Shown here in pieces: positions 11,946-24,120 of a stretch of DNA of 64,000 nucleotides. The notes below the pieces were generated by a model. It was not told the DNA's origin, ran no database searches, and worked only from the letters and a program-made list of their open reading frames with translations. The stretch is from NCBI GenBank assembly GCA_040954595.2, contig CM082579.2:4768779-4832778 (forward strand). The letters are read 5' to 3'. The position numbers and the translations under genes were made by a program. Numbering within the stretch: the stretch's first letter is position 1; each line of letters opens with the position of its first letter. The stretch is from Balanoglossus misakiensis (Eukaryota > Animalia > Hemichordata).

Positions 11946-14900
11946 TCAAGCCTCGTACACCATCCCAACAATCACATCATATTTCGCCAAGGTCACATTG
12001 GACCTCTTTGTCCTCGTTGTTAGGATACAGGTACGACGCCCCGGGTCTCGCCTCATTCTCCTTGACTGCGGGCATCGGTCGATACCGGGACTCGTATCTG
12101 AACTCACGCAGTGCCGGACCCCATCTTGGTGTCGGTCTCATAGAGCGAACGAATCTCTGATGATTTGAGAAAGGGGAAGTGCGAGGGGAAAGGAAGTTAG
12201 CTCTGTACTCAGCATGTCTTTTTGCGAGTTCTATTAATTATTTGCTAACTCATAAATTAAATCACCAATCAACCAATAAAACAACGACCTACCATGATAA
12301 AGCTGCCCCTTGTCCGACAGATCATGTAATATGGCGCGTAAATCACTATGGCAACGAGGGGAGCAAGTGTTATCAACCATCCTATATCTACGGCCCACGC
12401 AGGGTATGTTTGGTTTCCAACTGTTGGCTCCTCGTAGCTGACGCAGTACAGGACGATAACGATCTGAAACCATGATAGTTGCATAAATGTTTATTAAATC
12501 ATCTGTATTAAGGTTATGATAACTTGGTACAATTACGTATCGTGATAAGGCGGGCCATTAACACGAGCAATATCATGAACGTAAAATAAGAAAAGTATAT
12601 CATGTCATAAACTTTAATAGCAAGGGTAGGGTTCTTCAGTTGTTTATATCCATCCACGTGTCCATCCATTCATTCATCCCCTGAAATCCCACGCACCCGA
12701 CAACAAACACAGCCTCCCACGCGTCGGTTATCGGAGAGTTCCTAGTTATTGGCTATATTGGACAGAACATAGCTTAATTCAACGGAAGCCTTACCGTGAA
12801 GATCGCGGGAGCCACTACCATTGGAATCAGTACGAGGATGTATAACGTGACCAAGAACCAATGCCCATGATCATCAGCAACCAGTAGATGTTTGATGTCC
12901 GATTGGAAGCGACGGATTCCTGATATATTAAACAAGAATATACATTGATTGCGTTTTGTGTTCTGAAGCACCAAACAAATTACAACAAAAAGTCAACAAA
13001 CTACTCTAAATATACGGTCTGATTGTGTTTTACTTCTTCGGTTGATCGAATCGAGGGCAAAAACGCTTATATATGTTTCACAACTCACCGTAGAAGTTGG
13101 CCACAGCCAGACTGGCGAACAGAAGGACAAATCCCAACATTACCACCGAGGAAGTTTCCATCAACACAAGCCAATAGTATCCTGCCTGGAAGAGGGAGGA
13201 AAACGTTGCAATAATGTTCGTCAGTCACGTTTGCTCGTGATGGTGGTGCCGACAGTACAGTGAAGCGGGCAAACCGATCGCTTGGCGTTTCATGAAGATG
13301 TTGTACCGATTCGGTTGTTTCTCAAATGATTCGAAATGAAGATGGTTACGCTGCATAAGCCATGTTTCTAAGGCTCTAAGGTTTAAACCGCTTGTTGTGA
13401 GACTGACTGACCTGCGAGGCGTGAGGAAATGTCAGCAACAAGGCTGCGGTGCAGAGGATGACTGGCAGTATCCATTGCATCAGGCGTCTCTTCTCTCCCA
13501 AGGATCTGAATTCGTCCAGGACCGCGGTGATAATCGTCTCAACATTGACAAACTGCATTAAAGATAATTGTCAGACATCACTCTGTACTATTCTAGTTTC
13601 ACATACTAGTCAATACCAACCCGTTGCTACGGTAATTAACCAACTCTTGCGAGATCTCGCAATCAGTGGAAATCATATATTCAATATACATGTACATTAT
13701 TCATTTTTCTTTTGGAAAAACAGTTGTACTCAACACTTTACAGTTCATTTTTGCGAGATACTATACTTTTATCGGAAGTCCCTGGCAAAGCGAATGACAG
13801 TATTATGAATGCCTATGAATTCTTACCAAAGAGTCAATGCTCAGTGCAATTATCGCCAGGAAGAATAGAACGGCCCACGCCGGCGAGGTCGGCAGTCGCG
13901 AGAAGGCGTCTGGCATCACGGCGAATGCAAGGTCCGACCCGCCGTCAACGATGTCGGCAACCGTTACCCCAAGTTCGTGTGCTAAATTGCCGATGTAGCT
14001 AAACACGACGCATCCAGCGACAAGGCTTGTCACGCAGCTCGCAAGAGTGATGATAATGGAATCCCTAGGTTAAGCGTTGAGGAAGAAAATAGTATGTGTC
14101 ATAAAAATCGGAACTACATATATTCAGTCGAATGATCATTGTTCCCGTGGCCGTGCGTTCGTTTTCCGCGACGGGCACGGTACAGTACAGAGACAAGAAC
14201 CTACCATAGTCAGCGAACAACCGGAACGCTTTGGCAAATCATACAGTCGTAATCGTGTTGAGCAATAATGTGACTTCAGACTTCCTGGCCAGAAAGTTTT
14301 CGGTCATCCACAAAGAAGCGCGTAGGTAAAACACAACTTTTTTTGAGAAAATCCGGTCCTTTTGACATTGACAACTACTACTTTGTAATGATATGCTTGT
14401 TTCTTACTGAAATATGTGATGATGGAACTTGTTATAGCTTGCCAACGTGTAAAGACCTCCTGCCGCCAGATTCAGGGAATAAATGACGTGACGAGTTGCA
14501 TCTCCCCATACCTTGATTGAACGACACAAACTTTTAAAATTAATATTTAAAATATCTTCTGTGCGCTGGGTATAGTATTTTTAATAGGTACATGACAGAT
14601 AGACGGTATAAACTAAAGACGCACCTCTGGTTGCTCCAGCTTGTGAAATTCAGCTTTTCCTAAATAGTATTCGAGTCCGTCTCTGGCCCCCTGCAGAACA
14701 GAGCCTCGTAGGAGAAGGACGGTGAGGGCGACGCAAGGAAGGGTCGTTGTGAAGTACGCCACCTGCAGGACACAAAATGCAGGTTGAGTCAAGAAATCCA
14801 GCTGCGTACAGTCACAACCAATGATATCACAGGAGATGAAATGGGGAAAAATAATTAAGTTTGGCCCACCTTGCCTATCGACTTGATGCCGCGGATTATG

Positions 14901-16396
14901 CAGAGATAGACGAGAATCCAGACGAAGAATAGGGACAGAGCCAGCCGCCATCCAATGTATCCATCGTCGTCGATGCCGGACGATAAATCCAGAATGAAAT
15001 TTCTGGGGAGAATGGTCAGTGATGTTAGGACAAACATGAAAGCATTAAGAACTCAACGTGGCAGATGTCCACTGGCAGTTTTCTTAGGTTTTGAAGTTGG
15101 GCCCTAGCTTATAGCTTGGTTTTATAGTATCTGTATTTAAAACGCAGCAAAAAAGCACTGTGTAATGCATGAAATAACCTAGTGAACCTCGCCAGCGGGA
15201 AATATAAGAATTTATTTACTTGAAGTACTCCTCGCTGGCACTGGTCGTGCCGTTTGGCGCCGGTATCCATCTTTCAGCTATTTGGCCAGCGGTTGCGTTG
15301 AGGTCCCTGTGGTCGAAACACTGCTCGGTGTTCCACTCGTGCCCGCAGCCAACCCACGGCAAGCCCGGCAAATCCGTGAAAGAGGCTACGAAATAGAGAA
15401 CGGCGTAGCACAGAGACAGGCTTTGGTAGATCGTCATTATGGCGCTGGTTATTATCATGGCCCATCCGATACCTGTGTAGGCGGAACACATGAAAATTAT
15501 CTTCGAGAATTAAACACGTATAAAATCGAAAAAATCTTCACGTTATTTAAAACTAAAACAGAGACAAGCAGGAAGACAGCCATGTCAAACAGAGAGACAG
15601 ACAGACAGACATATATGACTTTCTCACCCGTAAACATCGGCACGCATCTCCAGACGCCGATACAGCCAAGGCTTGTGAACTGCCCAATGGCAAACTCCAT
15701 AAAAAGTATAGGTAAACCAACGGTGAACATTGCCACAAAATACGGGATTAAAAATGCAGCTGAAAAACAAAAGACCGTGACGTGAACGTTAGTCATTATT
15801 TACCGTGATAAATATGCATAAATGTGTTTGTAATAGTATATAGCCTACGACAATGGTATTTTTATTGAAAGAAAAATAACTAAGGTAAGGAATAAAGTCT
15901 CTATCCTAGACATACCTCCTCCGTGTTTGGCGCATAAATAAGGAAACTTTAACAAGTTTTCTGTGCCGACCACGTATCCAAGAGATGCCAACAGAAATTC
16001 AATTCTGTTCGGCCAGTTCCCGCGTACCGGGTTCTCCGAGTCGTCCGTAGTTTTGTCTGTCGGGTATACAGTTTCTTTTGACGTCGACGTTTCGTGATCT
16101 GTTCTGAGTACTTCGGGATTTGTGTGGACACCATTCTGGTAAAAAGAAAGTGATCCCGTAAAAATCAGCCAGGAACTCGTAGGAGTTTGATATAAAAACA
16201 CGTTCAAGTCTTTGAGTGTATTAGCAAATGACAGATTTCATATGCCACGTCATATAGCAACTGCAATCTGCAGCTGATTTGTGTGTCCGTGTGAAAACAT
16301 CATTGTCAGAGGCTCGTACGAACATGTAACGGACAACATGAATGCATTGTCACTTATATTTCGTGAAGCCAAGGGGCACCTTACCTTTGTCGACAT
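11946..16396 (-). CDS. SLC6 (neurotransmitter:sodium symporter) family protein, paralog A, atypical binding-site residues
   Basis: Short first exon ATG TCG ACA AAG|gtaag (ATG at 16394-16396), then ~12 GT-AG exons encoding RGNWPNRIEFLLASLGYVVGTENLLKFPYLC, AFLIPY...MEFAIGQF, PWVGC...[52 protein letters not shown] and RPTPRWGPA, ending at the stop at 11946-11948. No frameshift or stop seen. Confidence 0.9.
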
Positions 16397-16839
16397 AGCG
16401 AAGTTGAAGTAGGGCCACCAACGCCTCAGTGATTTTTAAGTGAGTCGGGCTGGCAGTCAATTTTCTTCCAGGAATTACCTCATTCGGGCGGAATACAGAT
16501 ATGTTGTTCGGGGTCGATATTGTGACATGCAATGACTCGAGCAAGAGAACCTTCAAAGCTAGGTGTGGCGTATACGCGTGCACGCAACTGCCGTGGCACA
16601 GGACGCGATAAGAATGTGAATGGCCAGGAACGTTACGTCAATTTACATCGGGTACAAAACCACGGTTGTAATGATCGCTTTATCAATAATTTCAATTCAG
16701 GAAACATTTTGAATGGAATTATTTTTATGTGTCCATTCAAAATTCTTCCATTGTGTGGTTGAAAGTCATGCCCTCACACGTTGTCAAAGTCACGCAGGTA
16801 TGCATGTATACTAGTACGTACATCACCTATCCCGCATTG

Positions 16840-16871
<32 letters not shown>

Positions 16872-17375
16872 GTGAGTGTTTCCGGAGAGTGTTTACTAGT
16901 AAGTGCTTGCTACATGGCCAATCCGTGCGAACATTCCACAGGTCTTTAGATAAGGAACTTTCTTTCCTCATTCCAAAACGTACCAAACTCGTGTTTATAT
17001 AATATACAAATGTAACACCCCCCGTCGACGCCATTCAATTATATATGTGGCACAATTCCAGCGGCTCGTTCATATATGTCGCGTTGCTTAAATAAATTCT
17101 TGTTTGCACAGCGTTCACTTTCAGATTGAAGAGAGACTGAACGTTCCTCCTCGCCCCTTCTTTCATATGTAAATACACAGTCATTTCAAGTCTCACTCGA
17201 CGTGTCCTGAATAGACCGCAGCTGTGTGCGTCACAATTTCACCAGCGGCCCACTGACCTGAGAAGGTGAAGCCGTGGACTGAACACCAGCACACGCACGA
17301 TTTTTAAGGTTCCAGAACTCTGATCCAAATAATTAGCTGAAGACAACATTGCATCAACAGACACAAAGTGACAAA
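16397..17375. promoter_or_regulatory. Putative shared bidirectional promoter between the two SLC6 paralogs
   Basis: Under 1 kb separates two divergent, similar short first coding exons (MSTK|gtaagg on minus, MSK|gtaggt on plus). Contains a TATA-like TTTATATAA at ~16994-17002 and a C-run/(CT)n tract. Confidence 0.5.
16840..16871. repeat. poly-C plus (CT)n microsatellite
   Basis: ccccccccccc tctctctctctctctctctct. Confidence 0.9.
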
Positions 17376-20300
17376 ATGTCTAAGGTAGGTTTCATTCCCA
17401 CCGAATGGTGGGTTGCACGACGGGCTTTATCAAGTCCTATGAACATCTCAAGCATGTCTGCGTAGGCCGTCCCTAAAAGCACGCTCAGGTGTGGAGTGAC
17501 CGTTCTAGCAAAATACTTGTTGGAGCTGCACGGCAAGAGAGTACATGTTCTTGTAGCGAATTCAGCGTTGCTTCAATTACTCCTGTTTACCCGTGCCGTT
17601 TGCAATAAGATGGTTGTCGTGATCTCCTTGTGGTCTCCATCTAGTTTGTAATCCACTACAAATAAATTGCTGCTAAAAATTGATTTAACCGATGCTATGT
17701 CAACCACGGCCTTCGAAGGCGAAGACATACAAAATACAATACAATGGGCGTTGCGCACACAATAGAATTAGGACACCCTGCATTCCCAAGCTAAAGAGAT
17801 CATTCAAGAGAAGAAAGCGCGTCTGTGTGTTGCATGGACTAGAAATATTCTGGAAGTAAGCGAGCGAATTGCAGTGTGATGGCAAACATGTTGATCTGTT
17901 GTTTTTTTTTCATGGCATTTCAAAAGTGAAAGGATCAGATTTCTTATCAGAAGTTCCCCTACCACTTTCCTGGAAGACATAAACTCACGATAGTTTGTTG
18001 CAAGCAGCACAGACAATATATGAGAAGTAGCTCTTATTTATTTGGCGAAATGACGAAGGCGCATAAAATGTCGTTAACTTCACACTCCACCAGGTCCCAG
18101 GGGCAGGTCGCTGTTGAATTTTTCTAATCCTTCCTCCCTCCGCAAGAGCCAAGCTGGAAGGACACATGCAATGATCAATTCATACGTTCACTCAAGGATC
18201 TTTCCGACTGCTTTCCTTGTCTTAGTACCCTCCCCCCACCGGCCCCTCCCGGCACCAGGAAGAATGATGACGTCATAGTAGATGCCCATTCTTGTTCACT
18301 CAGGGCTACGCGTTCAGTTTCTTTATTCTGGGCGATTGCCATGGTCTCAAAGGACCACCCGCGCGATGGTCACCCTGAGATGAGATCTAGGTTGATGATA
18401 AAAATAGACAGGGAGACAATGGCCTTTATTGAGTATGCATGGCATGAAATTCAGGCCAAGCCTTAAAGTAACCAATTGGGTTCGCATAGGTACAGGCCTA
18501 CTTACATGCAATTCAAAACTTACCCCTTACAAACAATCTAACCTACTTTCGATGATCTTAAGGATGTACGTGCAGAACGTAAACTCGTAAACTGCGCAAA
18601 TGTATACGCACAAATTTCTCTTTTCCCATAGGATTACATTGAGAGTAGCTGGAAAACCAACTTCTAATATTGTCATTTCCACATTCAAATTTTAAACATA
18701 GCTCAGTCAAATAAAATAAATTTATCGGTCAAATAAATCGTATGGTCACCGCGCTAACTTCGTTAAATGTTTTTCACATAGACAAACCATTGGTGAAAAA
18801 TGCTGTGTTGTTTTCATTTTCAGGCCAGGTCGACTGCGCAACAAGACGGTCTGTGGGCGACGAATCAGGTAAATAACTGCACCACTTTTATCAATTCCAT
18901 ACGAGTTCGAAGTGACTTAATACACCCTGGATTTTCCTGCTTTTAACATAAAACATTGTTTATCGAAAATGGATGTGAATTTGCATGCAAAACAGATTGA
19001 ATGACTGTGGTTATATCCTGGTATACCGGAGAGATGGCGTGGGAAATTTTATTTGCTTCCCCCACGTAGGGTCAGGCAAGACCGCCGAGTTCAAATGATT
19101 AACCCAGCAGAACGAATTATTTTTCCGCTTCAAGCTGAGCCAATTTTTGCATAAACATTATAAGTTACCTTGGGGTCGGAGGTCAAAAGGATCGGTTTGT
19201 CTTACATAATACAAGAAACAAATGAAAACAGATGTAGCGCGCAACTCGACATGATTTTCTGAGAGCAACTTTCGTGTTTTCTGTCTTAAAATTGAGAATA
19301 GAAATTGGGGCCGCCGTGCAAAACTTTGAACGAGAGAACAAAACTGTCTCAAATTTGAAATTCAAAATGGCCGCCAGTCTATTAATATCCCAACTGATGT
19401 GTCTCTCACACAGAACGATGAAGGACCTATCCTGGAATTGGAAACAATGCATGGGAAAGACCGAAAAGAAGGAAAATCGGGAGACGAGAACCCCGAACGC
19501 GGCAACTGGTCTCACAAAGCCGAATTCTTGCTGTCCGGTCTCGGTTTCGCCGTCGGCCTGGGAAATTTGTGGCGGTTCCCTTATATTTGCTTTACGAACG
19601 GAGGAGGTGGGTATGCTGTATGGTGCGGTCGAGGTGAAAATATGTTTAAGGTGGGGGGAATGCCCAGAGGTAGTGTGTAGTCTTGTTATCATATTCTTTA
19701 GCATTACATGTACTTTTTGTGGCTATGATTTCTTTGCCATTTATATACAATATAATTTCCTCTCGTTTTACAGCCACATTCCTTATTCCATATGTCATCA
19801 TGTTCTTCCTCGTCGGCATACCTGTGTTCTTTCTGGAGTTGTTACTCGGCCAATTCTCAAGCCTCGGATGTCTCTCTGTGTGGAAATGCGCCCCGCTCTT
19901 CAAAGGTAGGCTGTTTTGATGTGTTTTGATGTGCACCCTTGTGCTCGTTCATCTGCAGACGTGTCTGTTATACATCAAATCTTTTCTTCCTCGTCTTGCA
20001 TCTCTTTCTGTCTGTCTCTGCGTTCTCCCTTCTTCTCAACTGCCTGGCAGACACAATTTCACATGTTTTCGCACACAGGCCTAGGCGTTGCAATGGTTAT
20101 CATCAGCTGTCTCCTGACCGTCTACTACAACGTTGTTCTCAGCTGGGCCATCTATTACTTCTTCGCCTCCTTCACTGATCTGCCAACGGTCCCTTGGGTG
20201 GGATGCAACAACCCCTGGAATTCGGACAAATGTTTCGACGACAGGGATTTGAACAGCACTGTCAACATTACTGCCGTGAGGGAGATGTTGCCCAACGACA

Positions 20301-23300
20301 CGACCAGCCCATCTGCCGAGTACTTCAGGTAGATAATGAACTACGGCTGTTCAAATTTCCATGCGCCCCCCTTCCGTGGATATTGTCACGCCTGCACAAA
20401 GCATAAAAATAAAAAATACATATACCGCCATTTTTACAATGACATAATATGAGATGAAATCATATTTTACAGGAAATATTGATATCATTGAACAAGTACT
20501 GGTATCTTATTCGCGAACATTTAACGTGTTGTCCAATTTGCGTTCGATGTTCCCATCTTTACAGCAATTTTGTGTTGAAAGCATCGTCTGGCATCGAGGA
20601 AACTGGTTATCTCCAGTGGCAGTTGGCACTTTGCCTTTTGGCGGGTTGGATTCTGGTGTACCTGTGCATCATCAGGGGTATCAAATCGGCTGGTAAGGTA
20701 AGAGCCCGTGTTGGTTCATTTTCCAAACAGGCGAGGATTTAACTATTTGCATGTACTGGGTAGTCGGGTGACTGCTCCTATATACTTACTATGTACAATT
20801 TCGTCGGGCATTTCGACGCGCTGATCCCCGCCTGTCTGTACTTTCCACAGGTAGTGTACTTCACAGCAACCGTCCCTTACCTTCTCATCGTCATCCTCGT
20901 GGTGCGTGCATGCACCCTAGAGGGCGCTATTGACGGGATCGAGTTCTACATCGGGAAGGCCAATTGGACCAAGCTCAGAGAACCACAGGTAATTCGATTG
21001 AACAATGGAAAGTAGAAAAACACGTAGAAATAGATTATAAACACGTTATCAATTCAAACTAACACTATGTTTCACGACACAGATATGGAAAGAGGCTGCG
21101 GGACAGATGTTTTTCTCGCTGGGAACGTCAAGCGGAGGACTTTACACGATGGCCAGCTATAACAAATTTCACAACAACGTGGTCAGGTGAGACTTCGCGC
21201 TATGATTACAATTGAGTGCCGATTGTTTTCATGACAAGCGCCAAAATATGACTAAATGACGGTCGGTGTGGTCACACCGAGACTCGCCTCGGTTTGTGCC
21301 TCGGTCCTAATACATTCGACAGCAGGAGTACAATTTTCAATGTGCAGTGGTTCAAAATGTCAACTCTTTTCTTTCTCTTCGTTCTACAGCGACACATTCC
21401 TCATTGCCACGCTAAACTGCCTGACCAGCGTCCTCGCAGGCTTCGCCATTTTCCCGATGCTTGGACACATGGCGCATGTGCAAGGGAAGACAGTCGAAGA
21501 CGTTGCTGCCGGAGGCCCAGGTCTTGCATTTGACGTGTACCCGGAGGCTTTGTCCAGACTTCCCATCTCACCGTTTTTCGCTGTCATCTTCTTTCTCACT
21601 CTAATTACTCTCGGTATAGATTCGTTGGTACGTTACTTTATACAGACTTCAATTTGGTGGCAACAGGCGCCAAACCCAGTGTCGATTCTTTGATGGGGTA
21701 ATTCTTAATTATCACTCACTCCATTTGCATCTGTTTCATGCAGTTCGTTACAGTGGAAACGGTTATTACGGCTGTCTTAGACGAGTTCAGGGGTCGAATT
21801 CGCAATATCAAATTTTGGAGGACTGTCCTGCCGATACTGTACTGCTGCGTAGCCTTTCTACTAGGACTACCCCATGTTACACAGGTATTTGACAACACTT
21901 TGTTTGTATTATTATTTTTTTTTGCAGCATTGTATTAAGTAACTGTTATGATTGTGTGATTCACATGTTTTAGACACGCTTTTTTTCAATTCATATCGTT
22001 TTCTTTCATGCGAAGGCTGGATTGTATTGGGTCAACTTGATGGATTATTACGCGGTATCCTTGGCGATGACGTTTGTTGGGCTCTTCGAATGTCTTGTGG
22101 TTTTCTGGGTCTATGGTAAGTGTCTGTGATCTGAACAGGATCCTGTATTACCGATTACATACTACAGGAATTGGATCTCAAGTGACTGAAACAGATTGCC
22201 GGCAACATTCAAAGTCGGTTTACTCATCAACTGTAGTATACTTTTAAAGCAAATCAATTTACAAATTCATGTTTTCCAACCAACTCTCTTATTCTGTATA
22301 CAGGGATAGCTCGCTTTTACAGGGACATACAGACCATCATTGGACGTCGGTCAGGTTTCTACAGCTTCGTAATCGGAATATTCATACTGGCACCCATCTT
22401 CATAGCCCCATTCATTATAGCTGTAAGTCACTTTTTCACGATGTCAAACTTACGAATGGCTATACCGGTATATATATTTACATGTATATGTCGGCTTTCG
22501 TTAATCTAAATAGCTTTTGCTATACCCACGCAAGGCAGGAAAATTCACAGTGGCGCATTCCTCACACTGTAAGACAATAAAGAGTTGAAACTTAGTTGAA
22601 AGTTTTGGATAACTACCATTATTCAGCATGTAATTATCACGTGGCAGCAATTTATTTCCATAATTATACGAGAAAACATAGATATGGCAGATACAGAAAC
22701 CGTACCATTAAGTCACAAACTTTCATTATATTTCAGGCTGTCATAGTATTTTTCAGTATTGACTACAAACCGCTAACGATGGGGTCCTACGCATATCCAG
22801 AGTGGGCTGATGCCTTGGGTTGGCTGATGACGTGTTCATCACTGACTGCATTCGTCCTGTACATACCGTACCATCTGATCTTCAAACAGACCGGTGGCGT
22901 TCATATGGTAGGTTCTCGTATAGTATATAATGATGGCATAGGCCTATATTAAATATATGCGCGCATGCATTCATGCAGGCATGCATGCATATGTACGTGC
23001 ACACATTGAACACCTATTACACACATTTAAGAATCACCAGTTCAATGTTCTGCTCGTTCGTTCGTTTGTTCGTTCTATCGTTCAAACACTCATTCAATTT
23101 GTTATTTTAATACTTTATCCTTTATCTCTTTATCTATGACAGAGGCTCGTCAAATCTCTGAGACCAACACATGACTGGGGTCCCGCGCTTAATAAGTTCA
23201 GAGAGGAAGCTGGCTATGACCCCTTACCGGAAAGATACAAGACCGTTACATCGTACAGTAGACCAGGTGAACTTAGCCTGTACCCGGACACTGCAGAAAT

Positions 23301-23331
23301 GGCTGTTCAATGTGATATGCCGGAGTTATAA
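17376..23331 (+). CDS. SLC6 Na+/Cl- dependent amino-acid transporter (GlyT/PROT/ATB0,+ -like), paralog B, canonical
   Basis: First exon ATG TCT AAG|gtagg at 17376-17384 (inferred) and a probable exon at 18824-18868. Exons from 19414 encode [83 protein letters not shown]...[50 protein letters not shown] and WGPA, ending at TAA 23329-23331. Gly at the SERT-D98 position points to an amino-acid rather than monoamine substrate. Confidence 0.93.
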
Positions 23332-24120
23332 CTCCCCTGGGAGAACTGAAGCAGAGATTTCAACATGACAAGGGAGACGTAAATCTAAATTCCAATCGAA
23401 AGTTCTGCTTTGCAATAACAATAGTCTCTACGTTTGGAGGAACTGTGTCTGAAACAAAATTCTATTTTCGTACTAGTTTGTTTGTCAAGCATATGCAGTC
23501 ACCCTGTATCCTTCCATGGACCACTATATCTGGAGTCCGACAGTCTGTGAGCGGTATCAGGATGGTTACCACTCGATATTTAGTACCATCCGGGTTTTTT
23601 TGCCGATGATTAGGGGTTAAAGGGAATAGTTCTATTAAACTTTTGACATTAGGCCTACGACTTATTCTCATGTTAAACCCATGTATAGGGTGTTGTAACA
23701 TTTAGCATGGTTCAATGAGCAGAATAACATATTCACATAGCCAACCAAAATAAATACCAGATATTAATCAATTATGACGTCAAAGTTAGCGACTTTATTC
23801 ATTTAAGGGAGGGGTCAAGTAACTTTCGGACAATCCAATATTTACAAGTACAAGTATGCTGCCACATAAAATATAGCAAACCATAAACGAAGTAACACAA
23901 GCTTAGGCAAGCACAAGATGAAACAATACTGAGAGACACGCTGATGTACCTTTAAGTATTGGCAGTCGCGTGATGTAAATACTAGTAGCTTTCTAATATT
24001 TAGTTCGGCGGGTGTCGCTTTTACATGCAAGGCGTCGATCGCTGCCTCCAGGGGGCGTACTCCTGCCCTGATTGTCCAGAGTGGTGCACTGCTCATGCTC
24101 AGTTCCCTGCTCCGATCGCT

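Noticed and set aside
11946-16396. SLC6 paralog A as a pseudogene
   Set aside because: All exons examined keep frame and GT-AG sites, and structural motifs are retained. The substitutions concentrate on binding-site positions.
19270-19380. Fragment ending TTCAAAATGGCCGCC, resembling a dispersed repeat or YY1 site
   Set aside because: No second copy or defined ends in the window, so it cannot be supported as a feature.
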